NCBI GenBank assembly: GCA_020348925.1
Contig: CP070758.1
Span: 4,169,688-4,233,687 of the forward strand
DNA: 64,000 bases
Origin: Gemmatimonadota bacterium
GTDB taxonomy: Bacteria > JBHIER01 > G020348925
Direction: 5' to 3'
The notes under the pieces were generated by a model. The model ran no database searches and was not told where the DNA came from. It was given only the letters and a program-made list of their open reading frames with translations. The translations under genes and the position numbers were made by a program. Positions 12,313-21,898 of this stretch are shown piece by piece. Position 1 is the stretch's first letter, and each line of letters opens with the position of its first letter.

Positions 12313-12753
12313 TCATATCACCTCAACAGATCCTTTGGCCTTTTCAATTTTAGCCTTTGCGGTCGCACTGAAAGCATGTGCTCTGACCGTCATTCCTTCG
12401 GCGACCTCCCCCACCCCTAAAACTTTGACGGGAATTCTCTCCTTCTTGATGATTCCCTTCTGTCTTAGAACGTGAGGTGTAATGATCTTTTCGTCTCCGC
12501 AGCGGGCTAAGTCTTGCACATTTACTATCTGGTATTCTTTCTTAAAAATGTTTGTAAATCCTTTTTTGGGTAGCCGCCGCTGAATGGGCATTTGACCGCC
12601 TTCGAACCAAGCCGGTATTTTGACACCTGATCTGGATTTCTGGCCCTTGTGTCCTCGGCAGCTCGTCCCCCCATGACCGGACCCTTCGCCTCGACCAACA
12701 CGTTTCCTCTTCTTCCGAGCCCCCTGTGGTTTTTTCAACTCATTAAGTTTCAT
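12313..12753 (-). CDS. rplO: 50S ribosomal protein L15
   Basis: RVGRGEGSGHG, FEGGQMP. Confidence 0.97.
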   Translation of the reverse strand: MKLNELKKPQGARKKRKRVGRGEGSGHGGTSCRGHKGQKSRSGVKIPAWFEGGQMPIQRRLPKKGFTNIFKKEYQIVNVQDLARCGDEKIITPHVLRQKGIIKKERIPVKVLGVGEVAEGMTVRAHAFSATAKAKIEKAKGSVEVI

Positions 12754-12768
12754 ATCGTAAAGCACCTC

Positions 12769-12954
12769 TCAAGAGACTTCTTCAACCTCCACTAAATGTT
12801 CAACCGTCCTAATCATCCCCCGAATCTGAGGGGTGTCATTCTGAATCACACTCTGATTCATTTTTCGAATTCCCAAAGCTTTGAGCGTCAATTTCTGTCT
12901 CTTCTGGCGCCCGATTGCACTTCTTCTTTGAGAAATTCTCAGCTTTTTGGCCAT
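12769..12954 (-). CDS. rpmD: 50S ribosomal protein L30
   Basis: [24 protein letters not shown]; position. Confidence 0.96.
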   Translation of the reverse strand: MAKKLRISQRRSAIGRQKRQKLTLKALGIRKMNQSVIQNDTPQIRGMIRTVEHLVEVEEVS

Positions 12955-12977
12955 AGCTCATACTCCGTTAACGGAAT

Positions 12978-13517
12978 CTAACCCATCAACTCTTCAATCG
13001 GAATCCCACGAATCTTCGATACCTTTTGAGCGTCTCGCAATCTCAGCAAACCCTCCATCGTGGCCTTCGCCACATTGTGAGGATTGGGTGAACCCAAGGA
13101 TTTTGTAAGCACATCTCGAATCCCTGAACACTCCACAACTGCCCGAACAGCTCCACCGGCAATAATACCCGTTCCAGGTGATGCCGGCTTGAGAAGAACT
13201 CGAGCAGCACCGAAACGACCGGTCACTTGATGGGGAATCGTTCCTCCCAGGAGTGGAATCTGCGCGAGATTCTTCTTCGCAATCTCAGCGCCCTTCCTGA
13301 TAGCCTCTGAGACTTCATTCGCCTTGCCCAATCCGATACCCACTTGGCCGTGACCATCTCCAACGACAGTCAAAGCGTTAAAACTGAACCGACGTCCCCC
13401 TTTAACGACTTTTGCAACGCGATTGATATGAAGAACCCGATCAATGTATTCTTGTTCCTTCGGCTCCTCTTTTGCCAACCTTCCTCTTCTTTCTTCCTTA
13501 GGCTTTTCGAAACTCAA
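12978..13517 (-). CDS. rpsE: 30S ribosomal protein S5
   Basis: [25 protein letters not shown]. Confidence 0.98.
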   Translation of the reverse strand: MSFEKPKEERRGRLAKEEPKEQEYIDRVLHINRVAKVVKGGRRFSFNALTVVGDGHGQVGIGLGKANEVSEAIRKGAEIAKKNLAQIPLLGGTIPHQVTGRFGAARVLLKPASPGTGIIAGGAVRAVVECSGIRDVLTKSLGSPNPHNVAKATMEGLLRLRDAQKVSKIRGIPIEELMG

Positions 13518-13888
13518 AACTCCAATCCTCCTTCCCGAGCACCATCAGCCACAGCCTTTACGCGTCCATGATACAGATAACCAGCACGATCGAAAACGAT
13601 CTTCGTGATCTTTTCTTTTTTTGCCTTTTCCGCCAAGACGCTCCCCACCTCTTTTCCCACCGCACATTTCCCCTTCAGTTCGTTTCTCCTCTGACGAAGT
13701 TCCGGCGATAAACTTGAGGTTGAGACAAGAGATTTTCCGTGCGTATCGTCGATAAGTTGAGCATAAATATGTTTTGAGCTGCGAAATACCGTTAAGCGTG
13801 GTCTCTCTGAGGTGCCGGAAACTTTTTTCCTTACTCGCCTTCGTCGCTTCTCTCTTCCCTTCTGTTTTGTTACGTTTCTGTCTTTCAT
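13514..13888 (-). CDS. rplR: 50S ribosomal protein L18
   Basis: [33 protein letters not shown]; start trimmed to ATG 13888. Confidence 0.97.
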   Translation of the reverse strand: MKDRNVTKQKGREKRRRRVRKKVSGTSERPRLTVFRSSKHIYAQLIDDTHGKSLVSTSSLSPELRQRRNELKGKCAVGKEVGSVLAEKAKKEKITKIVFDRAGYLYHGRVKAVADGAREGGLEF

Positions 13889-13910
13889 TGTTTCATGCTT
13901 TGAAAAAAAT

Positions 13911-14447
13911 TTAGATCGCCGCTTTCCCTGCTTTTCGGCGTATGTATTCACCTTCGTACTTGATTCCTTTTGCCTTGTAAGGATCAGGGGGGCGAAAGGA
14001 TCGAATCTTGGCCGCAACCTGACCGACCATTTGTTTGTCAATACCAGAAATGCTCAATCGCGTGCCTTTTTCAATAGTGATCGTAATCCCCTCAGGTGGT
14101 CGGAACACGATAGGGTGAGAATATCCCAATTGAAAGACGACTGCGTTATCCTGCTGTTCGGCTCGATATCCTACACCCGTAATCTCCAGCTGTTTCTGAA
14201 ATGTCTTCGTAACCCCTTCAACCATATTGGCCAAAAGGGTCCTGGTGAGACCATGGAGTGACCTGTGAAGAGGTGTATCCGATGGCCGCGTTACAGCTAT
14301 GGATCCTTCAGTTACAGTTACAGTCAGGCTTGGGTGAATCTCCTGGGAGAGAGTCCCCTTCGGTCCCTTTATCTGAATTCTATTCTCCTGAATCTCGATT
14401 TCCACTCCCTGAGGAATTTCAATCGGTTCTTTTCCAATGCGCGACAC
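13911..14447 (-). CDS. rplF: 50S ribosomal protein L6
   Basis: [26 protein letters not shown]. Confidence 0.98.
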   Translation of the reverse strand: MSRIGKEPIEIPQGVEIEIQENRIQIKGPKGTLSQEIHPSLTVTVTEGSIAVTRPSDTPLHRSLHGLTRTLLANMVEGVTKTFQKQLEITGVGYRAEQQDNAVVFQLGYSHPIVFRPPEGITITIEKGTRLSISGIDKQMVGQVAAKIRSFRPPDPYKAKGIKYEGEYIRRKAGKAAI

Positions 14448-14474
14448 CCTTTACCTCCACCGCTTGTAAATTCA

Positions 14475-14870
14475 CTACCATATGTAACAAAGAACTTCTC
14501 CCCCGATGCCCAACTCCCTCGTCTGTTTGTCGGTCAATATACCCTTGGATGTTGACATGATAGCCACCCCTAATCCGTTAAGAACCTTGGGTACCTTATC
14601 TTTCGCCACATACTTTCTCCGTCCAGGAGTACTCACTCGCTGTAAGCCAGAGATGATAGGCATTTCATTTGCATCATACCTTAAATACAACCGAAGATAG
14701 GGATGGCGATCTTTCTCGATATCCGTAAATGAATTAATGAACTTTTGTTCGACCAAAATTCGAGCAATCTCCCTTTTCAATATTGAGGCAGGCACATCGA
14801 CTTTTTTGTACTTTGCATGACATGCATTTCTCAGTCTCGTAAGTATGTCAGCAACAGGATCGGTCATCAT
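14475..14870 (-). CDS. rpsH: 30S ribosomal protein S8
   Basis: TDPVADILTRLRNA, STSKG, GGEVLCYIW. Confidence 0.98.
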   Translation of the reverse strand: MMTDPVADILTRLRNACHAKYKKVDVPASILKREIARILVEQKFINSFTDIEKDRHPYLRLYLRYDANEMPIISGLQRVSTPGRRKYVAKDKVPKVLNGLGVAIMSTSKGILTDKQTRELGIGGEVLCYIW

Positions 14871-14909
14871 TGCATAACTCCCTTATCACTCAAGTAAACA
14901 ATTCCAAGC

Positions 14910-15095
14910 TTACCAACTCGATTTGGTAACCCCGGGGATAAGCCCTTGCAAAGCCAGTTCCCGGAAACAGATCCGACATACACCGAACTGTCGGAGATAC
15001 GCCCGGGATCGTCCACACCGGTGGCATCGATTGTATCGGCGGACTTTGTACTTTGGTTCGCGCTTTGCTTTTTCCATCAATGCTTTTTTCGCCAC
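14910..15095 (-). CDS. rpsN: 30S ribosomal protein S14 (zinc-binding type Z)
   Basis: 61 aa; [23 protein letters not shown]. Confidence 0.97.
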   Translation of the reverse strand: MAKKALMEKAKREPKYKVRRYNRCHRCGRSRAYLRQFGVCRICFRELALQGLIPGVTKSSW

Positions 15096-15127
15096 AATAT
15101 TCTCTCCTAAACAGGTCTGTCAATGAG

Positions 15128-15673
15128 CTACGTGGTACGGAAAGGCACACCAAAAACTTTTAGGAGCTCGAAGGCCTCCTCGTCTGTATTGGCTGTTGTA
15201 ACAATAGTGACGTCCATACCATGGATACGCTCAACCTTGTCGTAGTCAATTTCTGGAAAAATAATCTGCTCGGTCAAACCCAGTGAATAATTCCCATGCC
15301 CATCGAAGGACTTTGTCGAAAGTCCTCGGAAATCACGAATTCGAGGCATAGCGACATTGATGAGTCGATCTAAAAACTCATACATCCTGGTTCGCCGGAG
15401 GGTTGTTCGGCATCCCACGGCCATGCCAGCCCTCAATTTGAAATTGGAGATCGACAGTTTTGCCCTGGTAACAACCGGTCGCTGACCGACAATAGTCATC
15501 AGATCCTCTATAGCGGAGTCAAGAACTTTCGTATTCTGAATTGCTTCACCAACGCCCATATTGACCACGATCTTTTCCAATTTGGGTATTTCCATGCTGT
15601 TGTCATACCCAAACTTCTTGGTAAGAGCTGGCATCACCGTCTCAATATATTCACGTTTCAATCGCGGCTCCAT
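15128..15673 (-). CDS. rplE: 50S ribosomal protein L5
   Basis: [28 protein letters not shown]. Confidence 0.98.
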   Translation of the reverse strand: MEPRLKREYIETVMPALTKKFGYDNSMEIPKLEKIVVNMGVGEAIQNTKVLDSAIEDLMTIVGQRPVVTRAKLSISNFKLRAGMAVGCRTTLRRTRMYEFLDRLINVAMPRIRDFRGLSTKSFDGHGNYSLGLTEQIIFPEIDYDKVERIHGMDVTIVTTANTDEEAFELLKVFGVPFRTT

Positions 15674-15712
15674 GCGTTCCTCTCAATGCGAATAACCGTT
15701 TGACTTTCTCTG

Positions 15713-16024
15713 CTAATCAAAAATTTCACCACACTGTTTGCATTGCCGTGTTCTTCGGCCACCCTCCAGAATTTTTGAACCAATCTTGGTAGGCTCATTG
15801 CATTTCGGACATACCACCATCACGTTCGAGATATGAATGGGCGCTTCCTTCTCCACAATACCACCCTTAGGATTACTCTGGGAAGGTCGAGTGTGCCTTT
15901 TGATGAAATGGACACCTTCAACCAAAACACGTTGCTTCGCAGGAAACACTCTTAATACTTTGCCCCTTTTGTCTCTATCATCGCCGGATATCACCAGCAC
16001 CAAATCATTTTTTGCAACTTTCAT
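15713..16024 (-). CDS. rplX: 50S ribosomal protein L24
   Basis: KOW-like motif, GGIVEKEAPIHISNV. Confidence 0.97.
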   Translation of the reverse strand: MKVAKNDLVLVISGDDRDKRGKVLRVFPAKQRVLVEGVHFIKRHTRPSQSNPKGGIVEKEAPIHISNVMVVCPKCNEPTKIGSKILEGGRRTRQCKQCGEIFD

Positions 16025-16026
16025 TA

Positions 16027-16395
16027 TCAAATAACCTCAGGCGCTAAAGAGATAATCTTCATAAATCCCTTCTCTCTCAACTCTCTTGCAACAGGGCCAA
16101 AGACCCGTGTGCCCCTCGGCTCACCCGCCTCAGTTATAAGCACTGCGGCATTCTCATCGAAACGAATGTACGTACCATCACGCCGAGGTGTTTCCTTCTT
16201 CGTTCGAACAATAACAGCTTTGGACATCTGACCTTTTTTCACAGCACCTCCAGGGAGGGCATCCTTGATCGAAACGACAACAATATCCCCAACTCCGGCA
16301 TATCTTCGTCCAGTACCCCCTAATACTCTTATGCATTGGATACGCTTTGCCCCGGTATTATCGGCAACATTCATGTTCGTCTCTTGTTGAATCAT
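16027..16395 (-). CDS. rplN: 50S ribosomal protein L14
   Basis: [27 protein letters not shown]. Confidence 0.98.
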   Translation of the reverse strand: MIQQETNMNVADNTGAKRIQCIRVLGGTGRRYAGVGDIVVVSIKDALPGGAVKKGQMSKAVIVRTKKETPRRDGTYIRFDENAAVLITEAGEPRGTRVFGPVARELREKGFMKIISLAPEVI

Positions 16396-16417
16396 GCTCA
16401 ATACTCCTGTCTTTGCA

Positions 16418-16678
16418 CTATGTTTCCGGGGTTCTCTCCATAATTTCAACGAGACGCCATCGTTTCATTCTGCTCAGAGGACGTGTTTCCATTATTTTCA
16501 CCCTATCTCCAACGCGGCATTGGTTGTCCTCGTCGTGCGCCATGAGTTTCGTTGTCTTCTTCACGATTCGATCGTATCTGGGATGTCGAACAAGGCGTTC
16601 GACAACTACGACAATACCCTTATCCATCTTATCGCTTATTACCTTCCCCGTCCGGACTTTTCGTTTGTTGCGTTCCAC
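16418..16678 (-). CDS. rpsQ: 30S ribosomal protein S17 (start uncertain: GTG 16678 or ATG 16735)
   Basis: [25 protein letters not shown]. Confidence 0.95.
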   Translation of the reverse strand: MERNKRKVRTGKVISDKMDKGIVVVVERLVRHPRYDRIVKKTTKLMAHDEDNQCRVGDRVKIMETRPLSRMKRWRLVEIMERTPET

Positions 16679-16724
16679 CGCCCTCTTCTCTCTCTGCGAC
16701 GGTTCAGCAACAGAACCTTTTTGC

Positions 16725-16934
16725 TCAGGATACATTTCTGATGCCCTTCTCGTGTTCATGAAGGATGGTTTTCAATCTGGCAATATCTCTTCTGACCACC
16801 CTGATCCGAAGAGGATTGTCTAACTGACTCGTTACCTTTTGGAAGCGAAGGTTCGTCAATTCTTCCTCTAAGTCTTGGAGCTGGGTTTGCATTTCAGAAA
16901 GAGACATCTCACGAATTTGCTCGGTTTTCTTCAT
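16725..16934 (-). CDS. rpmC: 50S ribosomal protein L29
   Basis: [26 protein letters not shown]. Confidence 0.96.
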   Translation of the reverse strand: MKKTEQIREMSLSEMQTQLQDLEEELTNLRFQKVTSQLDNPLRIRVVRRDIARLKTILHEHEKGIRNVS

Positions 16935-16938
16935 ATAT

Positions 16939-17358
16939 TTACATCTCCAAGGCTTTGCGTTGCAGAAAGCGCGTTTTGATGGGAAGCTTACCTCCGGCAA
17001 GGCGGACTGCTTCCTTCGCCAGTTCTAAAGAAACTCCCTCCAGTTCAAATATGACTCGACCCGGTTTCACCACAACAATCCAGTATTCGGGATTTCCTTT
17101 CCCCTTTCCCATTCTCGTTTCAGCTGGCTTCACCGTAATGGGTTTGTCGGGAAAAACTCGAATCCACACCTTCCCTCCCCGCTTAATATGGCGAGTCATA
17201 GCAACCCGGGCAGCTTCAAGCTGTCGGCTCGTGATCCAACCCGGTTCAAGAGCCTGCAGACCATATTCGCCAAAATCAAGAACCGCACCCCCTTTTGCAT
17301 CCCCTCGCATCCGTCCCCTCTGCTGTTTTCGAAATTTCACTCGCTTCGGCATTAACAT
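16939..17358 (-). CDS. rplP: 50S ribosomal protein L16
   Basis: [24 protein letters not shown]. Confidence 0.99.
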   Translation of the reverse strand: MLMPKRVKFRKQQRGRMRGDAKGGAVLDFGEYGLQALEPGWITSRQLEAARVAMTRHIKRGGKVWIRVFPDKPITVKPAETRMGKGKGNPEYWIVVVKPGRVIFELEGVSLELAKEAVRLAGGKLPIKTRFLQRKALEM

Positions 17359-17399
17359 ATTGGGCTTCCCTTTTTATGACATCCTTTCTTTTCTCTCTC

Positions 17400-18053
17400 T
17401 CAAGCCTGACTCGATGCCCCCGGAGTGGGACCAATAATATCCCCCTTACAAATCCATACTTTCACACCGATGCAACCGTAAGTAGTACGAGCAACAACAC
17501 TGGCATAATCGATATCCGATCGAAAAGTCTGAAGAGGAACACGTCCCTCCCTGTATCCTTCTTTACGAGACATTTCCGCACCTCCCAACCGGCCCGAACA
17601 CAGGATTCGAATTCCCTCAGCTCCCATTCTCATGGTTGAACTGATGGCTTTTTTCATCGCCCTTCGAAAGGAGACCCGTTGCTCCAACTGTGAGGCTATA
17701 TTCTCAGCAACCAAAAAGGCATCCAACTCCGGCCGCTTTATTTCCTGAATATTGATGTATACTTCTTTTCCAATGAGATGTTGAAGCTCATCGCGCAACT
17801 TATCCACTTCGGCTCCTCTTCGACCGATCACGATCCCAGGGCGGGCGGTATGAATATCAACGGTTACTGTCTTAGGAGCACGTGCAATTTCAATTTTTGA
17901 GATTCCTGCTCGTTGCAAGCGATTACGAACGTACCGCCTCAGCATCAGATCTTCTTTCAGACAATGAGCGAAATTCCTCTCATCGTACCACTTTGAATCC
18001 CACGTTTTGTTAATACCTAATCTCAGTCCTATTGGATTCGTTTTCTGTCCCAA
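17400..18053 (-). CDS. rpsC: 30S ribosomal protein S3
   Basis: [28 protein letters not shown]. Confidence 0.99.
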   Translation of the reverse strand: MGQKTNPIGLRLGINKTWDSKWYDERNFAHCLKEDLMLRRYVRNRLQRAGISKIEIARAPKTVTVDIHTARPGIVIGRRGAEVDKLRDELQHLIGKEVYINIQEIKRPELDAFLVAENIASQLEQRVSFRRAMKKAISSTMRMGAEGIRILCSGRLGGAEMSRKEGYREGRVPLQTFRSDIDYASVVARTTYGCIGVKVWICKGDIIGPTPGASSQA

Positions 18054-18078
18054 TCATCACCTCCTGAATGGGGGTTTC

Positions 18079-18429
18079 CTACTTCTGTTCCCGTTGCTCG
18101 AGAACGACACTCAAATGACTCGTCCGTTTCAGAATTCTCGTCGCCCGACCCATAGCCCGAGGCCGAAATCGCTTGAGGCTGGGCCCTCCATCTACCTGAA
18201 CGTCCTTAATGTAGAGATCTTCTACTTTGAGACGCGTGCTCCCAGCCACATTAATTGCATTGGCGGCAGCTGACCGTATGGTTTTCTCCACATGTGTTGA
18301 GGCCGCTTTTAAAGTAAAATGGAGTATATTGAGGGCTTCTTCGACATCTTTCCCCCTGACCAAGTCAGCAACCTGTCTCATCTTTCTCGGAGATATTCTT
18401 ACATATCGTGCTTTCGCTTTATACTCCAT
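18079..18429 (-). CDS. rplV: 50S ribosomal protein L22
   Basis: RISPRKMR, SAAANA, PRAMGRA..I.KRTSH. Confidence 0.98.
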   Translation of the reverse strand: MEYKAKARYVRISPRKMRQVADLVRGKDVEEALNILHFTLKAASTHVEKTIRSAAANAINVAGSTRLKVEDLYIKDVQVDGGPSLKRFRPRAMGRATRILKRTSHLSVVLEQREQK

Positions 18430-18470
18430 AGATCATACTCACTGTTTAGGCATAACTCCGTTTATCGATG

Positions 18471-18758
18471 TTATTTCAATGTTGTCGATCGTTCCGTTAC
18501 TCTGCCACTGTGCCCGCGATACGTCCTGGTCGGTGCAAATTCCCCCAATTTGTGACCGACCATATTTTCGGTAATATATACCGGAATAAACTTGTTCCCA
18601 TTATGAATGGCAATAGTATGACCTACAAATTCCGGAGTGATTGTGGATCGCCTGGACCACGTTTTCAAAACCCTCTTCTCCATAGTCTTATTCATCTCTT
18701 GAATTCTTTTAAAGAGCTTTGTGTCGACAAACGGTCCTTTTTTTATTGAACGAGCCAC
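18471..18758 (-). CDS. rpsS: 30S ribosomal protein S19
   Basis: [26 protein letters not shown]. Confidence 0.99.
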   Translation of the reverse strand: MARSIKKGPFVDTKLFKRIQEMNKTMEKRVLKTWSRRSTITPEFVGHTIAIHNGNKFIPVYITENMVGHKLGEFAPTRTYRGHSGRVTERSTTLK

Positions 18759-18792
18759 TGTATTTTCCTCCTATATCGCCGTTCTGCAAACA

Positions 18793-19617
18793 TCATGTTC
18801 GCCTCTTCACAATGAGTGCATCCGATCTCTTCTTGGTCTTTCTTGTTTTCAGTCCCTTTGACGGTTTTCCCCATGGTGTGCATGGGTGTCTTCCACCGGA
18901 ACTCTTCCCTTCACCACCTCCCATAGGATGGTCGACAGGATTCATGGCGACACCTCTGACAGAAGGTCGCCGCCCCAGCCAGCGGCTTCTCCCGGCCTTT
19001 CCCGATGTGATGCTTTCATGATCCAAATTTCCAATTTGTCCTATTGTTGCGAAGCACTCTAAAGGCACAAGACGAACCTCACCGGACGGAAGACGAATAT
19101 GACCATAGCGGCCCTCCTTGGCCATAAGCTGAGCCACCGATCCTGCCCCCCGGACCAACTGCCCCCCCTTTTCCTTTTGAAGTTCAATGTTGTGAATAAG
19201 GGTGCCCAAAGGCATTCTCGACAGAGGAAGAGCATTTCCTACTTTAATGGGAGCTTTTTCACCGGACATAACGACATCATTTACCCGTAACCCGAAAGGA
19301 GCCAAAATGTATCGTTTTTCCCCATCCGCATAAGATAATAATGCTATTCGTGCAGATCGGTTCGGATCATACTCCACCGACACAACTTTTGCGGGAATTC
19401 CCTTTTTGTCTCGCTTAAAATCGATAATCCGGTACAGCCTCTTATGCCCACCACCTCTGTGTCTTGCCGTAATGTGTCCATGGTTGTTCCGTCCACCCTT
19501 CTTCGGCAGCGAGACGAGAAGTGACCTCTCGGGTGTTTGAGTTGTTATTTCATCAAACGTGGAGACAGTTTTAAATCGCAACGTTGGCGTTATCGGTTTA
19601 AACTTTTTTACTGCCAT
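18793..19617 (-). CDS. rplB: 50S ribosomal protein L2
   Basis: [25 protein letters not shown]. Confidence 0.99.
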   Translation of the reverse strand: MAVKKFKPITPTLRFKTVSTFDEITTQTPERSLLVSLPKKGGRNNHGHITARHRGGGHKRLYRIIDFKRDKKGIPAKVVSVEYDPNRSARIALLSYADGEKRYILAPFGLRVNDVVMSGEKAPIKVGNALPLSRMPLGTLIHNIELQKEKGGQLVRGAGSVAQLMAKEGRYGHIRLPSGEVRLVPLECFATIGQIGNLDHESITSGKAGRSRWLGRRPSVRGVAMNPVDHPMGGGEGKSSGGRHPCTPWGKPSKGLKTRKTKKRSDALIVKRRT

Positions 19618-19679
19618 GATCTTTGCTCTACTTTCGAAAAGTACTTTTTACAATGTTTCACCACATGTTCACATCAATT

Positions 19680-19970
19680 TCATGTCGGCTCAAGAAAATC
19701 GACCGTTTCTCCTTCCCTCAGGGTAACGATGGCTTTTTTCCAGTCGGGCCTCTTCCCTTCAAAGCGCCCCATTCGCTTCACCTTTCCGTGCACGTTCATC
19801 GTCCTGACGGTTTCAACGTGAACATCGAACATTTTTTGGATCGCTTGTTTGATTTCAATCTTATTGGCCCTTCTATTCACTTGAAAAACTATTGAATTTT
19901 CGGCCTCTTTCATTTTCGAGCTTTTTTCGGTAATGAGAGGTCGAAGAATGATTTTTTTCGGATCAATCAT
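19680..19970 (-). CDS. rplW: 50S ribosomal protein L23
   Basis: PLITEKS, ANKIEIK, WKKAIVTL. Confidence 0.98.
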   Translation of the reverse strand: MIDPKKIILRPLITEKSSKMKEAENSIVFQVNRRANKIEIKQAIQKMFDVHVETVRTMNVHGKVKRMGRFEGKRPDWKKAIVTLREGETVDFLEPT

Positions 19971-20611
19971 GTGCCTAACACCTCCTCAATGTGCGCCAGA
20001 GCATGCCTCGTCATAAGAATGACCTCGCAATTGAGGACATCGTAGGCTGGTACATCACGGGCTGGCTTCACCGTCACATTTGGAATATTACGACAGGATT
20101 TGAGAAGATTCGCATCGGCCCCGGCTGTTAGAAATAGTACCTTCTTATCACCAATACCTAAAAGATTCAACACGGAGACCATTCCCTTTGTTTTGGGTTC
20201 GTCGAATGTCAGATCATCTACGATGAGAATCTCATCACCTCTCGCCTTGATCGAGAACGCCGAGCGGCGAGCCAGTCTCTTCATTTTTTTGGGCAGAGCG
20301 TTTCGGTACGACTTAGGTTTTGGGCCAAAGACAACACCACCCCCGATCCAAAGAGGAGATCGGCTTGTTCCGGCACGAGCTCTGCCCGTCCCCTTCTGGC
20401 GCCACGGCTTTGATCCACCCCCACGCACTTCGGAGCGTCCTTTTGTACAAGCAGTTCCCTGTCGTTTATTCTCCAAATAGGCTTTTACATCCTCATAGAG
20501 GATCTGTTGATTTGGCTCAACATCAAAGATGTCTGGAGCAAGAGGAACAGTATCCACTGTTTCCCCTTTCCTATTGACTACCGAAACTTCCTTTTTCGAA
20601 ACTCTTTCCAT
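19967..20611 (-). CDS. rplD: 50S ribosomal protein L4
   Basis: RQGTACTK.RSEV.GGG.KPWRQKGTGRAR. Confidence 0.98.
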   Translation of the reverse strand: MERVSKKEVSVVNRKGETVDTVPLAPDIFDVEPNQQILYEDVKAYLENKRQGTACTKGRSEVRGGGSKPWRQKGTGRARAGTSRSPLWIGGGVVFGPKPKSYRNALPKKMKRLARRSAFSIKARGDEILIVDDLTFDEPKTKGMVSVLNLLGIGDKKVLFLTAGADANLLKSCRNIPNVTVKPARDVPAYDVLNCEVILMTRHALAHIEEVLGT

Positions 20612-20616
20612 TTTTC

Positions 20617-21267
20617 CTATTGAGCACGTTCCATCGAGCGAATTTTACTCTTCTTCAATAAAACAATACCACCATTCGGCCCGGGAACCGCCCCCTTTAA
20701 GATGATTGTATTTCTTTCCGGAATAACCTGGACCACTTCCAAGTTCAAAATTGTTTTTCGTTGACCCCCTATCCGCCGCGGAAGTTTTTTCCCTTTGAAG
20801 ACCCTCGATGGATTTGCCGATTGTCCGATGGAACCCGGAGCACGCTTATAGCTCGATCCCCCGTGACTCCCCCGGCTGCCACCCCGGAAACCGTACGCTT
20901 TCACCACTCCGGTAAAACCTTTTCCCTTCGTCATTGCTGTCACGTCGGCCCTCTCCCCAGGAGAGAAAAGGTCGACGCTCACTTTTGTCCCAACCGACAT
21001 GGTCGAGACATCTTTCATTCGAAACTCACTCAGCACTGTTTGAGGAGGAAGGGAAGCCTTTTGAAAATGACCTCGCAACGGCTTTGGAGTACGCGCTACC
21101 TTTTTGTCCACATATCCCAACTGTACTGCCGTGTATCCATCCCTCTCTTGGGTTTTAACTTGGACGACAGGACACGGACCAGCCTCAATAACGGTTACTG
21201 GCAACACATTGCCAACACTATTGAAGATCCGAGTCATTCCAATTTTTCTTCCGATGAGTCCTACCAT
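20617..21267 (-). CDS. rplC: 50S ribosomal protein L3
   Basis: GRKIGMT, DGYTAVQLG, KGKGF.G, RAPGSIG. Confidence 0.98.
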   Translation of the reverse strand: MVGLIGRKIGMTRIFNSVGNVLPVTVIEAGPCPVVQVKTQERDGYTAVQLGYVDKKVARTPKPLRGHFQKASLPPQTVLSEFRMKDVSTMSVGTKVSVDLFSPGERADVTAMTKGKGFTGVVKAYGFRGGSRGSHGGSSYKRAPGSIGQSANPSRVFKGKKLPRRIGGQRKTILNLEVVQVIPERNTIILKGAVPGPNGGIVLLKKSKIRSMERAQ

Positions 21268-21306
21268 TTCGATCGAATCTCCTCGTCTGAGGTCCACATA
21301 TTCAGG

Positions 21307-21615
21307 TTAAATCTTAATTTCAATGTCAACTCCAGCTGGTAGTTCAAGCCGCATGAGCGCATCGACGGTCTGTGGATTTGAGTCGTAGATATCAATGAGT
21401 CGCTTATGAATCCTCGTCTCAAATTGTTCCCGAGACTTTTTATCGACATGAGGTGATCGAAGAACCGTATAGATGCTCTTCTTCGTGGGAAGAGGAATCG
21501 GTCCGGAAACCTTCGCTCCGGTGCGCTTGGCAGTTCTCACAATTTCACTCGTTGAGCGATCAAGCATTGCATGCTCATATGCTTTCAGTCGAATTCTGAT
21601 CTTCTGTGTTGCCAC
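21307..21615 (-). CDS. rpsJ: 30S ribosomal protein S10
   Basis: [30 protein letters not shown]. Confidence 0.99.
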   Translation of the reverse strand: MATQKIRIRLKAYEHAMLDRSTSEIVRTAKRTGAKVSGPIPLPTKKSIYTVLRSPHVDKKSREQFETRIHKRLIDIYDSNPQTVDALMRLELPAGVDIEIKI

Positions 21616-21665
21616 GATGAGTATCCCTTAGTCAAAAACTCTTTTTAACACATCATGTTCGTTAT

Positions 21666-21798
21666 CTATTCCAGGATTTCGGTGACCACACCGGCACCAA
21701 CCGTCCGACCACCCTCTCGAATCGCAAACCGCAGCTCCTTCTCCATCGCTATCGGCGTGATCAACTCCACCTCCATCGTTACATTATCCCCAGGCATC
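21666..21798 (-). CDS. tuf: Elongation factor Tu, C-terminal fragment only (remainder lost in gap)
   Basis: [38 protein letters not shown], directly upstream of rpsJ. Confidence 0.96.
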
Positions 21799-21898
21799 NN
21801 NNNNNNNNNNNNNNNNNNNNNNNNNNNNNNNNNNNNNNNNNNNNNNNNNNNNNNNNNNNNNNNNNNNNNNNNNNNNNNNNNNNNNNNNNNNNNNNNNN
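21799..21898. other. Assembly gap (100 N, true size unknown)
   Basis: Exactly 100 N; too short to hold the missing ~1 kb of tuf. Confidence 0.99.
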
